64,000 bases of DNA from Lama guanicoe. Taxonomy: Eukaryota. The DNA lies in contig MU053418.1 of the NCBI GenBank assembly GCA_013239625.1, forward strand, positions 248,001 to 312,000, given 5' to 3'. Positions 14,220-27,099 of this stretch are shown here, piece by piece. The notes under the pieces were generated by a model, which did not search any database, was not told the origin of the DNA, and was given only the letters and a program-made list of their open reading frames with translations. Positions within the stretch are counted from its first letter, which is position 1. Each line of letters begins with the position of its first letter. The position numbers and the translations under genes were made by a program.

Positions 14220-15942
14220 TACTTACCTAATTTAATGAGGCCAGCATTAATTAGCCTTAATAGCTAAGCCAGATAAATGCACCACAATAAAATGAAATTA
14301 CAGACCAATATGCCTGCTGAACATAAATGTAATATCCTCACCGGAATACTACAAAATTGAGTCTAACAAAATACTAAAAGGATCATAAACCACGCAAAAG
14401 TGGAATTAATGCCAGGAATCAAGAGTCATTCAACATGAGAAAATCAATTTAATATACCAATGAAGATGGAAAATCTCCATATGCTCAAGTGCAGAAGCAG
14501 AAAAAGCATTTGACCAGATCCAAAACCTTTCCAGGATAAAAATCACTCAATAAACTAGGAATATAAGGGAACTTCACAATATGATAAAAAGCATTTATGA
14601 AAAACCGGCAGCTAACATATTTAATGGTAAAAGACTGAAAGCGTTCCCACTATGACGAGGAACAAGACAAGAATACCCACCTTGGCCACTTCTATTCAAC
14701 ATTGTAAAAGAAGTCCCAGCCAGAGGAATCAGGCAATAAAAAGAAATAAAGGCAACCAAATTAGAAAGAATGAAGTAAAACTATCTCTGTCTGTAGAAAA
14801 CATCATCTTATAAACAGAAAATCCTGAAGAACCCACCAAAAAACTATTAGAGCTAATAAACAAATTTAATAAAATTGTAGAACAAATCAGAAGACTCACA
14901 TGTCCTAACTTCAAAACCTGCTACAAAGCTTGAGAATCAAAACAGCATAAGGATACACATATAGATCAACTGAAGGGAACCGAGTCCAGAAATAAATCTA
15001 TACCTCTCTGGTCAACTAATTCTCAACAAGGGTGCCAAGACAATTTAATGGGGAAAAAAAACACAGTCTCTTCAACAAATGGTGTTGAGACAACTGGATA
15101 TCCACATACAAATAAATGACATTGGATCCCTCCCTTATGTTATATATAAAATTAACTCAAAATAGATCAAAGACCTTAGAAGAAAACACAATAAATCTTT
15201 ATGATCTTGATTTGGCAATGAGTTCTTAGATATGACATCAAAAGCACATACAACAAAAGAAAAACAGATAAACCAAACTTTATTAAAATTAAAATCTTTC
15301 TTGATTCAAAGGATATACTATGAAGACTTAAAAAGACAATTAAAAGAATGGGAGGAAATATTTGAAAATCACGTATCTGATAAAAGCCTAGTAGCCAAAA
15401 TGCTCTTAAAATAAAAAACCCAGTTTAAAAAATGGACAAAAGGATTTGAATAGACATGTCTGTAAAACAGAAATTTCCAAAAAGCACATGAAAAGGTGTT
15501 CATTTGTCATTAGGGAAAAGCAAACCAAAACCACAATGAGATACTACTTTGCAACCATTAGGATGGTTATAATTTTTTTAAAAATAGACAATAACAAGTG
15601 TTGTTGAGGATGAGGAAAATCTGGAACTCTCATCCATTGCTGGTGAAAATGTAAAATTGTGCAGCCATTGTGAAAAAGTTTGGTGGTTCCTCATTAAGTT
15701 AAAAATAATTAAGACATGACCCAGCATTTCCACTTCTAGGGAAACACTCAGAATTGAAAACACGTGTTCAAAACAAAAAAACAGAAAAAATAGGTGCACA
15801 AATGTTGACAACAGCAGTATTCACAATTACTGTTAAGGTAGAAACACCCCAAACGCCCATAAACTGATAAATGGATAAACAAAGTGTGGTACATCCATAC
15901 AATGGAATATTATTAACCATAAAAAGAAATGAAGTCTTGATA

Positions 15943-16221
15943 AAAGAGTACAAACTTTCAGCTATAAAATGAATAAGGTCTGAGGATCTAATGTATAACA
16001 TGCTAACTACCATTGATAACACTATATTGTATAACTGAGATTTGCTAAGAGAGAACTTAAATGTTGTTATAAAAAAAAGGATAAATCTGTGAGGTGATGG
16101 ATATGTTAATTTACTAGATGGGAGGAATCCTTTCACAACATACATGTGTATCGAATTGTCATGATATACACTTTAAATATCTCACAGTTTTGTTAATTAT
16201 ACCTTAATAAAGCTCAGGGTG
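15943..16221 (+). mobile_element. L1 3' UTR fragment nested in another L1
   Basis: Ends ataccttaataaagctc; diverged ~20-bp TSD aaaagaaatgaagtcttgata (15922-15942) and aaaaggaatgaagattgata (16222-16241). Confidence 0.75.
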
Positions 16222-16814
16222 AAAAGGAATGAAGATTGATACATGCCACAATATAGATGAACCTTGAAAACATTACATTTTAAGTGAAAGATGCAAAAAA
16301 GAAAAACCCACATACTGTATTATTACATTTTTATAAAATATCCAGAAGAGGCATGCAAGTCCTGAGAGTCAGAAAGTAGATTAGTGGTTGCCAGGTACTG
16401 GAGTAAAAGGGGAATGGAGAATGACTTTAAAGGATATTAGGTTTTCTACTGGGATGATGGAAATGTTCTGGGACTAGACAGTGATAATGTTTGCACAACA
16501 TTGTGAATGTACTGAATGCCACCAAACTGTACACTTTAAAATGAGTAATTGTTTATGTGTATTTAACCCAATAAACAAATATATGTTATTGTTGATTTTT
16601 TTATGACCAAATTCCAGCAAATGATGAGGAAGAATTCACTCTACACGAAGCAGATTGAAATTTGATTAAGTGCAGAAATATCTGCCAGAGAGTCATTTCT
16701 TAAATGACATACTGAGCAAGACTAACTAAGACTTTTGGAAATTTCTTTTAAGGACATGCAGTCAGTTTATTCTTTAAGTGTTCTAGTTTTATCCAGGAGT
16801 GGAAAAACAAAAAC

Positions 16815-19145
16815 TCAAATTTGACAGCCATATGACAAACCCACAGCCAACATAATACTCAACAGTGAAAAGTTGAAACCCTTCCTGCTAAAATCTGGAA
16901 CAAGACAAGGATACCTACTCTTATCACTTCTATTCAACATAGTCTTGGAAGTCCTAGCCATAGCAATTAGACAAAAGAACTTGACAAAAAGAGTAAAAGG
17001 GATCCATATTGGAAGAGAAGAGGTAAAACTGTCACTATATGCAGATGACATGATACTATATATAGAAAACCCTAAAAACTCCACACAAAAACTAATAGAG
17101 CTGATAAAATAATTTGGCAAGGTAGCAGGATATAAGATTAACATATAGAAATCAGTAGCATTTCTTCACACTAACAAAGAAATATCAGAAAAGGAAAGCA
17201 AAGAAGCAATCCCTTTTAAAATTGCACAAAATAAATAAAACACTTAGGAATAAACCTGACCAAGGAGATGAAAGACTTATATGCAAAGAACTACAAAACA
17301 CTGATTAAGGAAATTAAGGATGATTTAAAGAAATAGAAAGATATTCCATGCTCTTAGATTAGAAGAATTGATACTGTTAAAATGGCCACACTACTCAAAG
17401 CAATCTACAGATTTAATGTGATCCCTATCAGATTACCCATGCTCTTAGATTGGGAGAATTATTGTTAAAATGGCCATATTACTGAAAGCAATCTGCAGAT
17501 TTAATGTGATCCCTGACAAATTACCCAGAACTAGAATAAACAATCCTCAAATTTATATGGAATCACAAAAGACCCAGAACTGCCAAAGCATTACTGAAGA
17601 AAAAGAATGAAGCTGGAGGAATAACCCACCCAGACTTCAGAAAATGCTACAGAGCTACAGTATTCAAAATAGCATAGTACTGGTACAAAAACAGATATAT
17701 GGATCCATGGAACAGAATAGAGTGCCCAGGAATAAACCCACAGATGTGCAGTTAATTAATCTTCAACAAAGGAGGCAAGAATATACAATGGAAAAAAGAT
17801 AGTCTCTTCAGCAAGTGGTGTTGGGAAAACTGGCATGTGTATCAATGAAGTTAGAACACTCCCTCACACCATATTCAAAAATAAACTCAAAATGGCTTAA
17901 AGACTTAAAAATAAGATAAGACACTATAAACCGCCTAGAAGAAAACATAGGCAAAACATACTTTGACATAAATCTTAGCAGTGTTCTCCTAGGACAGTCT
18001 ACCCAGACAATAGAAATAAAAGCAAAAATAAACAAATGAAACCTAATTAAACTTACAAGAGTTTGTACAGCAAAGGAAACCATAAGCAAAACAAGACGAC
18101 AACCTATGGAATGGGGGAAAATATTTCAATGATACGACTGAAAAGGGCTTAATTTCCAGAATATATAAAGAGCTCATACAACTTAGTAACAAAAAAACAA
18201 CTCAATCCAAAAATAGGTAGAAGACCTAAACAAGCAATTACCCAATGAAGACATACAAATGGCCAACAGGCACATAAAAAAATGCTCAGCATCACTAATT
18301 ATCAGAGAAATGCAAATCAAAACTACAATAAGATATTACCTCAAACCAGTCAGAATGGCCATCATTCAAAAGTCCACAAATGATAAATGCTGGAGATGGT
18401 GTGGAGAAAAGGGAACCTTCCTACACTGTTGTTGGGAATGCAGTATGGTACAGCCCTTGTGGAAAGTAGTATGGAGATTCCTCAAAAGACTAAAAATAGA
18501 CTTATGATATGATACAGCAATGCCACTTCTGGGTATATGCCTGCGGGGAACTCTAATTTGAAAAGATACATGCACCTCAATGTTCACAGAAGCACTATTT
18601 ACAATAGCCAAGACAAGGAAACAACCTAAATGTCCACCCACAGATGACTGGATAAAGAAGCTGTAGTATATTTATACAATGGAATACTACTCATCCATAA
18701 AGAAGAATAAAATAATGCCATTTGCAGCAACAGGGATGGACCTGGAGAATGTTATTCTAAGTGAAGTAAGCCAGAAAGAGAAATAAAAATACTGTATGAT
18801 ATCACTCATATGTGGAATTGAAAAAAAAAAGATACTATGAACTCATCTACAAAATAGAAACAGACTCACAGACATAGTAAACAATCTTATGGGGAAAAGG
18901 GGTGGGAAGGGATAAATTTGGAAGTTTGAGATTTGCAGATGTTAGCCACTATATATAAAAAATAGATTTAAAAAAAGTTTCTTCTGTACAGCACAGGAAA
19001 CTATATTCAGTATCTTGTAGTAACTTACAATGAAAAAGCATATGAAAATGAATGTATGTATGTATATGTATGACTGAAATGTTATACTGTACACCAGAAA
19101 TTGACACAACGTTGTAAATGGACTACACTTCAATTAAGAAAAACT
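16815..19145 (+). mobile_element. Younger 5'-truncated LINE-1 (RT domain to 3' UTR), disrupted
   Basis: RT motifs [18 protein letters not shown] and [11 protein letters not shown] (16873-17112); CCHC region 18259-18507; 3' UTR and A tail; internal stop codons. Confidence 0.93.
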
Positions 19146-19202
19146 GATAACCACTTAACTTCTTATGATCTGTGTGTATGTGTCTCCTTGTCTTCTTTAC
19201 CC

Positions 19203-19353
19203 CAGTGATCTACTAGTCCAGTGCCACTGGCCTGTAGACCTCAACATTAGCATGACCTGCAGTCTTGTTCAAAATGGAAATTCTCAGGCCCCACTCTGTG
19301 TTTTATAAAGTTTCCAGGTGATTTTAATGCACATTAAAATTTGAGAACCATTG
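19203..19353. mobile_element. MER5A-like hAT-Charlie MITE
   Basis: aaatggaaattctcaggcccca...ccaggtgattttaatgcacattaaaatttgagaaccattg. Confidence 0.7.
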
Positions 19354-19474
19354 TGCTATGCTGTTTCCCTCAGGTTCATTTTATGGACCTCTGCCTTTCC
19401 CTTTCAAGTATAGGAGTCATTAACTTCATAAAACACATTATAAAACAAAATGAAGGATGACTTCAACAACTCAC

Positions 19475-19489
19475 ATAGGATTTATTCAT
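19475..19489 (-). CDS. Start-codon exon of gene 1 (coding MNKSY; full exon 19475-19533)
   Basis: Minus strand tttctatcccag|CTGTACC...aatATG AAT AAA TCC TAT|gtgagt. Phase 0 joins the KRAB-A exon; homologous to the ZNF248 MNKSQ exon. Confidence 0.85.
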
Positions 19490-21079
19490 ATTTTGCTGGT
19501 CTTGAGAAAATACTGAAGTCTCTGAAGGTACAGCTGGGATAGAAACAGAGGAATGAAGTCATTAGAGATACAGACTGCCCACAGCTCCTGCATTTGCCTA
19601 TTTAAAAAGCTACAAACATCACCTCTGGGAAATGACTCTCTGGGAGAATATCCTTTTCATCCTGGAGAACGGGCAGGAAGAGACATATGAAAAAAGTACC
19701 CACATGTCCATGTGTGAGTGCGATATGGTCATGAAGAGCTTAGATGTGCAATTTTTTCACTGGGTGAATATAATTCTTTCTATTTTTTTAAACAATATAC
19801 ATATTCCTTTATTTTATTTCAAAGAATTTTAAAAATTATGAGAAAACTGGTTAAACAAATTATAGTACATTAAATGAAGAAACACTAAGCCTTCATCAAA
19901 AGTTATAAATCAAATGTTGTAATGTACATTGTTTATTTCTTTCTTGTTTACTCCTTGAGGTAGAGAATTCACCAAACCTATGAAAAAAAGGGATGGAAGC
20001 ATTTTAAGGGAAGGTTAAGGTTACTTTTTTAGTGTTTTTCTAAAAGTATAAGTAGAGTCTCAAAAGATTTAAGAAATTTGTGTCAGCCACTGGCCTGGCT
20101 ACGTGGAGATTCAACACCTACTCTTGGCTCTGCCATAAACACAAAGCCAGAGAATTCATTTACACTCTCAGGACCAATTTTTCCCAACTTTTAACAAGAC
20201 AAATAGAAAACTCTTCTTGCACTGTTTTTGTAAGAAAATCATCAGCGTATTTTTAGATGCCAGATTCACTGTGTGAGAACAGTTCAGAATCTGGGCAGAG
20301 GGAAAAACAGAGTGGGAGTTAAACTGGGATTGGTAAAACAGTATTCCCATCTGGTTGCAAAGCTCCTTTCCCCACACCATGTCAAGAAAACCCCTTCAAT
20401 GAAGTAGTATTTCCTAGGTAGCTTAACCCTCCTTCATTCCTCTCAGCCCCAGTTCCTCTCTCTTCTGAAACCCCGTCCAGACTTTCCTGCATTACACAGC
20501 CTGTGGTGGCTTCCGAATGTAGCAGCATTATCCAAATCTCACTAATTCTGATCAGGCTATGTAAACCTGGGATCTGCTCCTTTCTGAGAACTACTTCCTC
20601 TGCTGAGAAAGGCAAATGGTGTGGCGTCCTCTCCCACGTGGGATTCTGTTCCTAGAACCTCCTCCTTCTTATTTGGCAAGAGGTAATTTGTTATGAGATA
20701 ATGAGAAAATGTGCCTAAGGGGCAAATTTATTTTAACTGGAACCTTCACCCAGGACAATTCAACTATGAGTATTCATTATTCCACAGAATCTCAGGTCGA
20801 CCTTCTATAAACTCAAACCAAGGCTGCTTAGAACACAGACAAAGCCAGACTGTTACAGAGCTAACTCAGAAAGAATTATGCTGTCTGAACCAAGGACTCT
20901 GAAGACATCTAGAAATCCCACAGAGCTGCCACACAGTAATATTCAACCGTTCAGATTTTTTCTTCACATGTCAAATTATTTGTGCTAAGTGCTGCGGAGG
21001 CTGCAATGCTGGCTTTTCTAACCAAGATAGTAAATGAGAAACACCGTGACATTCGGAGAAAAATCTGAGGTTGTCTACT

Positions 21080-21330
21080 AGTTAGTTATTGTGACTTTGG
21101 ATATACAACTGTCGTCTCCCTCTCGCTGTTCTGTTACAGTGGGGACAGTTATATTGACCTAAGAGGTTGGGAGCATAAACTAACGAGTAAAAAATATTTC
21201 TATAAACAAGAGTAGCTAATATTCACTGCCAGGTACTATGCTATGACATTTAATCTCTGAACAACCCCAAGAGGCACATGGTATTAGTATCCTGAGTGTT
21301 ACAAATGAGGAAACGAAGTCTCACGTAGGT
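21080..21330. mobile_element. Two MIR SINE fragments in opposite orientation
   Basis: Core-like tgtgactttgga... and ttacaaatgaggaaacgaag. Confidence 0.55.
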
Positions 21331-21379
21331 AACCTTTCCCAGATAATTCTTCTACACCAAGTTCTGCCCTGCACTAAAG

Positions 21380-21960
21380 CTCCCCTACCCCCAGCTCCCT
21401 ATCCCCGGCTGAGCGCACTCATCACGCATGTGCACGTGCTCCACGCTCGTGGGCCGCAGAGACCAAGGCACCCGCGCCGCGGAGGGGCGGGACAGACGCG
21501 GCGTCTGCAGCCTCACCGAGGCCCCCGCGTCCCCACGCCCAACGCCGGCGACTTCCCTTGACAGAGACTCCGCATTGGCCGCCCCTACCCGCCCTCTCCT
21601 CTTCTTAAGGCTGCGGGTCCTGCCGTGGTCCACGAGGCTCCTCCCCACCGTCGGGCACCGCCGCCCCCTGCCCGCTCCCCGGAGCGGCGCAGGGAGTCCC
21701 CTCACCCCTTGCCCAAGCCTTTGCCTCGCCTACTACTCCCACCCTGGCTGCACCCGGTCCGGCCCCCAAGCGGCGAGCAGACCTGGATGCTCGGGACCGT
21801 CTCCCACAATAGGCTCAAGACGACGCACTCAAGAGGCTTAGCCTACGGGGTGTTGCACATGCGCAGAAGGAGCCGCAGAAGACCAGTTCCCAAGACTACG
21901 CGCGACTAGCCCACAAGCTTCCAGACTCCATTTCCCAGAAGCCTGCTCGCCCAGGGCCTT
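21380..21960 (-). promoter_or_regulatory. CpG island promoter and probable non-coding exon 1 (~21706-21850) of gene 1
   Basis: High CpG/GC content; NRF1-type TGCACATGCGCAGA at 21854-21867; ZNF143-like ACTCCATTTCCCAGAAGCC at 21925-21943; candidate minus-strand donor gtgag at 21705-21701. Confidence 0.82.
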
Positions 21961-22659
21961 GAGAGGGTTTTGGAAACGTTACTGTTCTTTAGCAATTCAG
22001 GGATTGTGGCCTAGGGTTGTCACTTCTGTGTACAGCCTTGAGGTTTTTAAGCACCTCGCAAAAATAGTCTTCTCACACTTAGTGTGCCTTTTAAAACACC
22101 AAGCTACCCAAGCAAGCAAAGTTGTAAATCAGTGTGAATTATGAATATAAATAGGAGTTACTTTAAACACCAGAAAATACTAGCAACAAAATAATAGTAT
22201 TTAAAAGTAAACAGCAAATAATAGCATTTCTCTCAGCAGTGAAAAAGATAAGCAGGTTAGTGCTTCAGATATTAAGTAAAAATAAAGCCAGAATTTAGGG
22301 AGTAGAAACGTTTCAAAAAGACTGTTGCAATGGAAAGAATGCTTCAACTTCAGGATTTGAAAGCATCTCAAAATTAAATAGAAAAAAAGATTTTCTTTTT
22401 CAGGAATGAATAAGAAGGGCTAACAAGAACTCTGGAGAGGAAGTTGGACAAGTGAGTGGAGGAGGAGAACAAACAGCGTGACGGGGTAGTCTGACAGGAA
22501 ATGTGTCTGGCTCGCATTAGCCTTTAGAATGAGCTGCTAAGTCAAGGTATGTTCTGTCTTTCTGTACTTGGTTGGACTTAGGGACAGCCAAAGTTTCAGG
22601 GGCTTGTAATGGGGAGAGAAGCCTGATTAAAGTGTGGGCAAGCAAAGTCAGTGCAGACC

Positions 22660-25600
22660 TAACCTACAAGAAATTCTAAACTTAGTCTGTTAGCCTGAAA
22701 AGGAAGGATACTGGACACTAGACAGTAACTTGAAGTCATATTAACAAATAAAGAATACCGGTAAACATAACTACATAGGTAAATATAAAAACCAGTATTA
22801 ATGGTGTCTGTTAGTAACTCATTTTTGTTTCTCATGTAATTTAAAAGACAAATGCACCAACAGTAATTGTAAAACAATATTAATTCCAAGAATCATGCAA
22901 ATTACCAAAACTGACTCAAAAAGAAATAGAAAATCTCAACAGATCCATAATAATAGATTGAATCAGTAATCAAACCCCTACACCCAACAAAAAAAGTCCA
23001 AAATCAGATGGCTTCTTTGTTGTGTTCTATCAAACATCTAAAGAATTTCCCAAACTCTTACATAAAATAGCAGAGGAGAGATCACTATTTTCTCATTCCA
23101 TGATGCTAGCATCATCCTTGTTAAAAAAAAAAAAGACAAAGACATTACAAAGAAAAATCACAAATGAAAATTCCTTATCAGTATAGATATAAAACTCCTC
23201 AGCAAAATGCTAGCAAACTGAATCTAGCAGCATCTTAAAAAAGATTATACACCATGAACAAGTGGGATTTATTCCAGGAATGCAAGGATGGTTTAATATA
23301 CAAATAGAGTTGCCACCAATGTAATATAGCACCTTAATAGGACAAAGGCAAACAGTGATCACATATATTGTAACAGAAAAAGCAATTGAAGTGTTCAATA
23401 TCTTTTAATGATTAAAAAATACAGCAAACTGGGAATATAAGGGAACTTCTTCAACATGGTGAAGGGAATTTAGGAAAAAATCCAGAGGTAACATAGAAAT
23501 CAATGACAGACCAAAAACTTTCCTACTAAGATCAGGAACAAGACAACAATACCAGCTTTCACCAGTTCTTTTCAACAAAGTACTGGAACTTTTAGCAAGA
23601 GAAATTTAGTCAAGGAAAAGAAATAGAAGACATGAAAAATGGAAAGGAAGAAGTAAAACTATTTCTATTTACAGGTGACATTATCCTATACATACAAAAT
23701 CTTAAAGAATACACACACACATACATAACTACTAGAGCTAATATACAAATTAGGGTAAATTTCAAGATGCAAGGTCAATACTGAAAAATAAGTTGTGTTT
23801 CTATATAGCAGCATTGACTATCCTGAAAAAGAAATTAAGAAACTTCACATTTCAAATAGCATACAAACGAAAAAAATACCTAGGAATAATTTTTTAAAAG
23901 AGATAAGGAAGTTGTACACTGAAATCTATAAGACATTACTGAAAGAAACTAAAGTATACTGAAATAAGACGAAAGACACCCCATGCTCATGCCAGGTAAG
24001 ACAAAATGTGGCTAAGACGTCAATACTACTGAAAATTATCTACATATTCAATGCAATCCCTATCAAAATTCCCACAATAGTTTTGCAGAAATGAAAAAGC
24101 TAATCTCCAAATTTATAAGGTAATACAAGGTGTCCGAAACAGCCAAAGCAATGTCAAAAAAGAACAAAATTGGACGACTCCCACTTTATGATTTCCAAAC
24201 TTACTACACAGCTACATTAATGAAAACAGTGTGGTGCCACTATAAGGATAGTCATATAGAACAATGGAATTGAACTGAGAATGTAGAAATAGCCACATAC
24301 ATCCATGGTCAATTGATTTTTGAAAGCATGTATTGGCAAATAAGGACACAGAGATCAGTAGCCCAGAATTGAGACTTACCCAAATGTTCTCAAGTGATTT
24401 TTGACAAAAGAACAAAGGTAATTTAATAGAGAAAGGATAGTCTTCTAACAAGCAATGCTGGAACAATAAAACAAACATATAAAACAAATGAGCTTAGACA
24501 CAGAACTTACACTTTCTACAAAAATTAACTCAAAATGAATAACTGACTTAAATGTAAAACCCCAAACTGAAAAACTTCTAAAAGATTACATACGTGGACG
24601 TCTAGGGAACCTGCAGTTTGAATTTTTAGCTATAATACCAAAGCATCATCCATGGAACAAAGTATTGATAAGTTGGATTTTTTAAAATTAAAAACATTTA
24701 CTCTCTAGAAGACACTGCTAAGAGAATGAAAAAACAAATCACAGATTAGGAGGAAAAAATTTGCCAAATACACATCTGATAAAGAAATTATTCAAAGCAT
24801 ACAAAGTACTACTAAACTCAACAATAAGAAAATAAACAGCCCAACTAAAAGTATATTGTGAGACTTTTGCACAGCTAAGGATACCAGCAACTAAATGAAA
24901 AGACAACCTACAGAATGGGAGAAAATATTTGCAAATGATGTGACTGACAAGGGACTAATTTCCAAAATATACAAAATTAGTATCAAAGAAAAAAGCACCC
25001 AATCCAAAAATGGGCAGAAGACCTAAATAAGGAATTCTCCAATGAACACATACAAATGGCCAGTAGGCACATGAAAAAAAATTGCTCAGCATCACTGATT
25101 GTCACAGAAATGCAGATCAAAACTACAATGAGATATCACCTCACATCAGCCAGAATGGCCATCATTGAAAAGTCTACAAATGATAGATACTGGAGGGGGT
25201 GTGGACAAAAGGGAACCCTCCTACACTGTTGGTGGGATTATGGATTGGTGCAGCCACTATGGAGGACAGTATGGAGGTTCTTTAAAGAATTGAAAATAGA
25301 CTTACCATGTGATCCAGCAAGCCCACTCCTGGGTATATATCCAGAGAAAAATAAAATTCAAAAAGACACATGCACCCCAGTGTTCACAGCAGCACTATAT
25401 ACAATAGCCAAGATATGGAAACAACCCAAATGTCCATCAACAGATGACTGGATAAAGAAGATGTGGTACATATATGCAATGGAACACTACTCACCCATAA
25501 AAAAGAATAAAATAATGCCATTTGCAGCAATGTGGATGGACCTCAAGACTGTCATTCTAAATGAAGTGGGCCAGAAAAAGAAAGAAAAATGTCATACGAC

Positions 25601-26350
25601 ATCATTTATATAAGGAATCTAAAGAAAAATAACAATAATGACACAAATGAATTAATTATTATTTTGATTTCTTAAACATATGTAAGCACATTTGACTGTC
25701 CTGTATGATTGAATCACTGCATTCTGTTGATTCTTATTTTGTAATTGACTTTATTCCTTTGATAACTATGTAAGTTTAAAAAGCTAAAGATCTAATCTAT
25801 TCTTAGAAACAATAATTAGTACATATATGTAAACTAAAAAAATGTGCCATATACTGTATATACAGATTTACATGCAACATAATGTGTATGTGCCGTCGAA
25901 CTGTAATAATCCTACATAATAAAACTGAAAAAGGAAAAAAAAAGATTTCCCTATAAAAAAATTTATAACCCCAGTCCAATCAGGAGAAACTTCAGACTAA
26001 CTCAAATTCAGGGACATACTTCAAAATACCTGACCACTATTCAAACATTTAAAGGTAACGAAAGACAAGGAAAGACAAAGAAACTGTTACAGACTGTAGG
26101 GGACCGAACAGACATCATGACTAAACGTGCTGTGGTATCCTGGATTGGATTCTGGATCAGCAAAAGGACATTAGTGGAAAAACTGATGAAATCTGAATAA
26201 ACTCTGTAGTTTAGTTAACAGAATTGTACCCATGTCACTTTCTTAGTTTTGGTAAATGTATCAATGTTACATAAAGTTGAGTTAACATTAGGGGAAGCTG
26301 AGTAAAAAATACACAGGAACTATCTTTGCAACTCTTCTGTAAACCTTATT
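22660..26350 (+). mobile_element. Composite LINE-1 block between the divergent promoters
   Basis: Old ORF2 remnants 22880-24850; younger ORF2 C-terminus with an open 185-aa stretch (25056-25613, [14 protein letters not shown]); older 3' UTR ~25965-26350. Confidence 0.88.
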
Positions 26351-27099
26351 TTAAAAAAGTTAAATGACATTGACCAAAAAGAGTTAACCATATATTCTTT
26401 TATGAAAAATGATCATAAAATAATATGTCCATATGATCAGTGTGCTATAAATGTCGAAAGGATGTCCACATAAAGGAATGTACATTTGATTCCAGGTAAA
26501 GAAAGCATGGTTGGTTCCAACAGATGAGAATGTGCTTTCTTCAAGAGTGGTATATGAATACTTTCTTACGTAAGAACAGTTTTTATTATTAAAACTGAAT
26601 TGCTAGCTTGCTTTTTTCCTCATTCCAAATAATATGCTGGTCTCAGATCTTAGTTTACATAAACTTATTGTCTAAACTGCTAGAAAATAAACTTATCAAA
26701 ACTAAAATAATATCTGTCCACGTCCATACATAAAATTCATGCACAATTTTACTTCTCTTGGCTTGTGTCTAGTCTCTTGGCAGTGCTTTGACGTACATCT
26801 CTGGGACACAGACAGAATCCAGGGTCCAGGAAGCAGGAGTGAGTATATCAGACAGCAACCTCTCAACTCCGTCAACAAGGCAGAAACTCTCTAAAGGAGT
26901 GGGCATTGTGTATATTGGGTAAGGTAACCTTAAGGAATGTACTGAACAATTCATGTGACAGACGCGGTCCTAAGTGCTTTTACGATGTACACGCCTTTAA
27001 TCTTCATAAAAACCGCTAGCGAGGTACTGTACTGCCGTTAGCTTACTTTTACAATTTAGGAGTGAGGCACCGCTTCTAAAGGTAAAGCCACTTAGCCAA

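Larger units (their letters stand above)
11400..16575 (+). mobile_element. Long fragmented old LINE-1 (ORF1, ORF2 and 3' UTR remnants) carrying nested insertions
   Basis: ORF1-like remnant 12598-12891, ORF2-like segments 13600-15900 and 3' UTR to ~16575. Antisense to host gene 1. Confidence 0.8.

Noticed and set aside
21385..21909. ORFs of 94-137 aa over the gene 1 promoter (likewise 55144-55687)
   Set aside because: Same GC-content artefact.
22250..22660. Possible old LTR fragment upstream of gene 1
   Set aside because: Could not recognise termini or family with enough confidence.
25056..25613. 185-aa open L1 ORF2 C-terminus as an active or exapted gene
   Set aside because: 5'-truncated fragment lacking EN/RT and a promoter; openness is consistent with young age.
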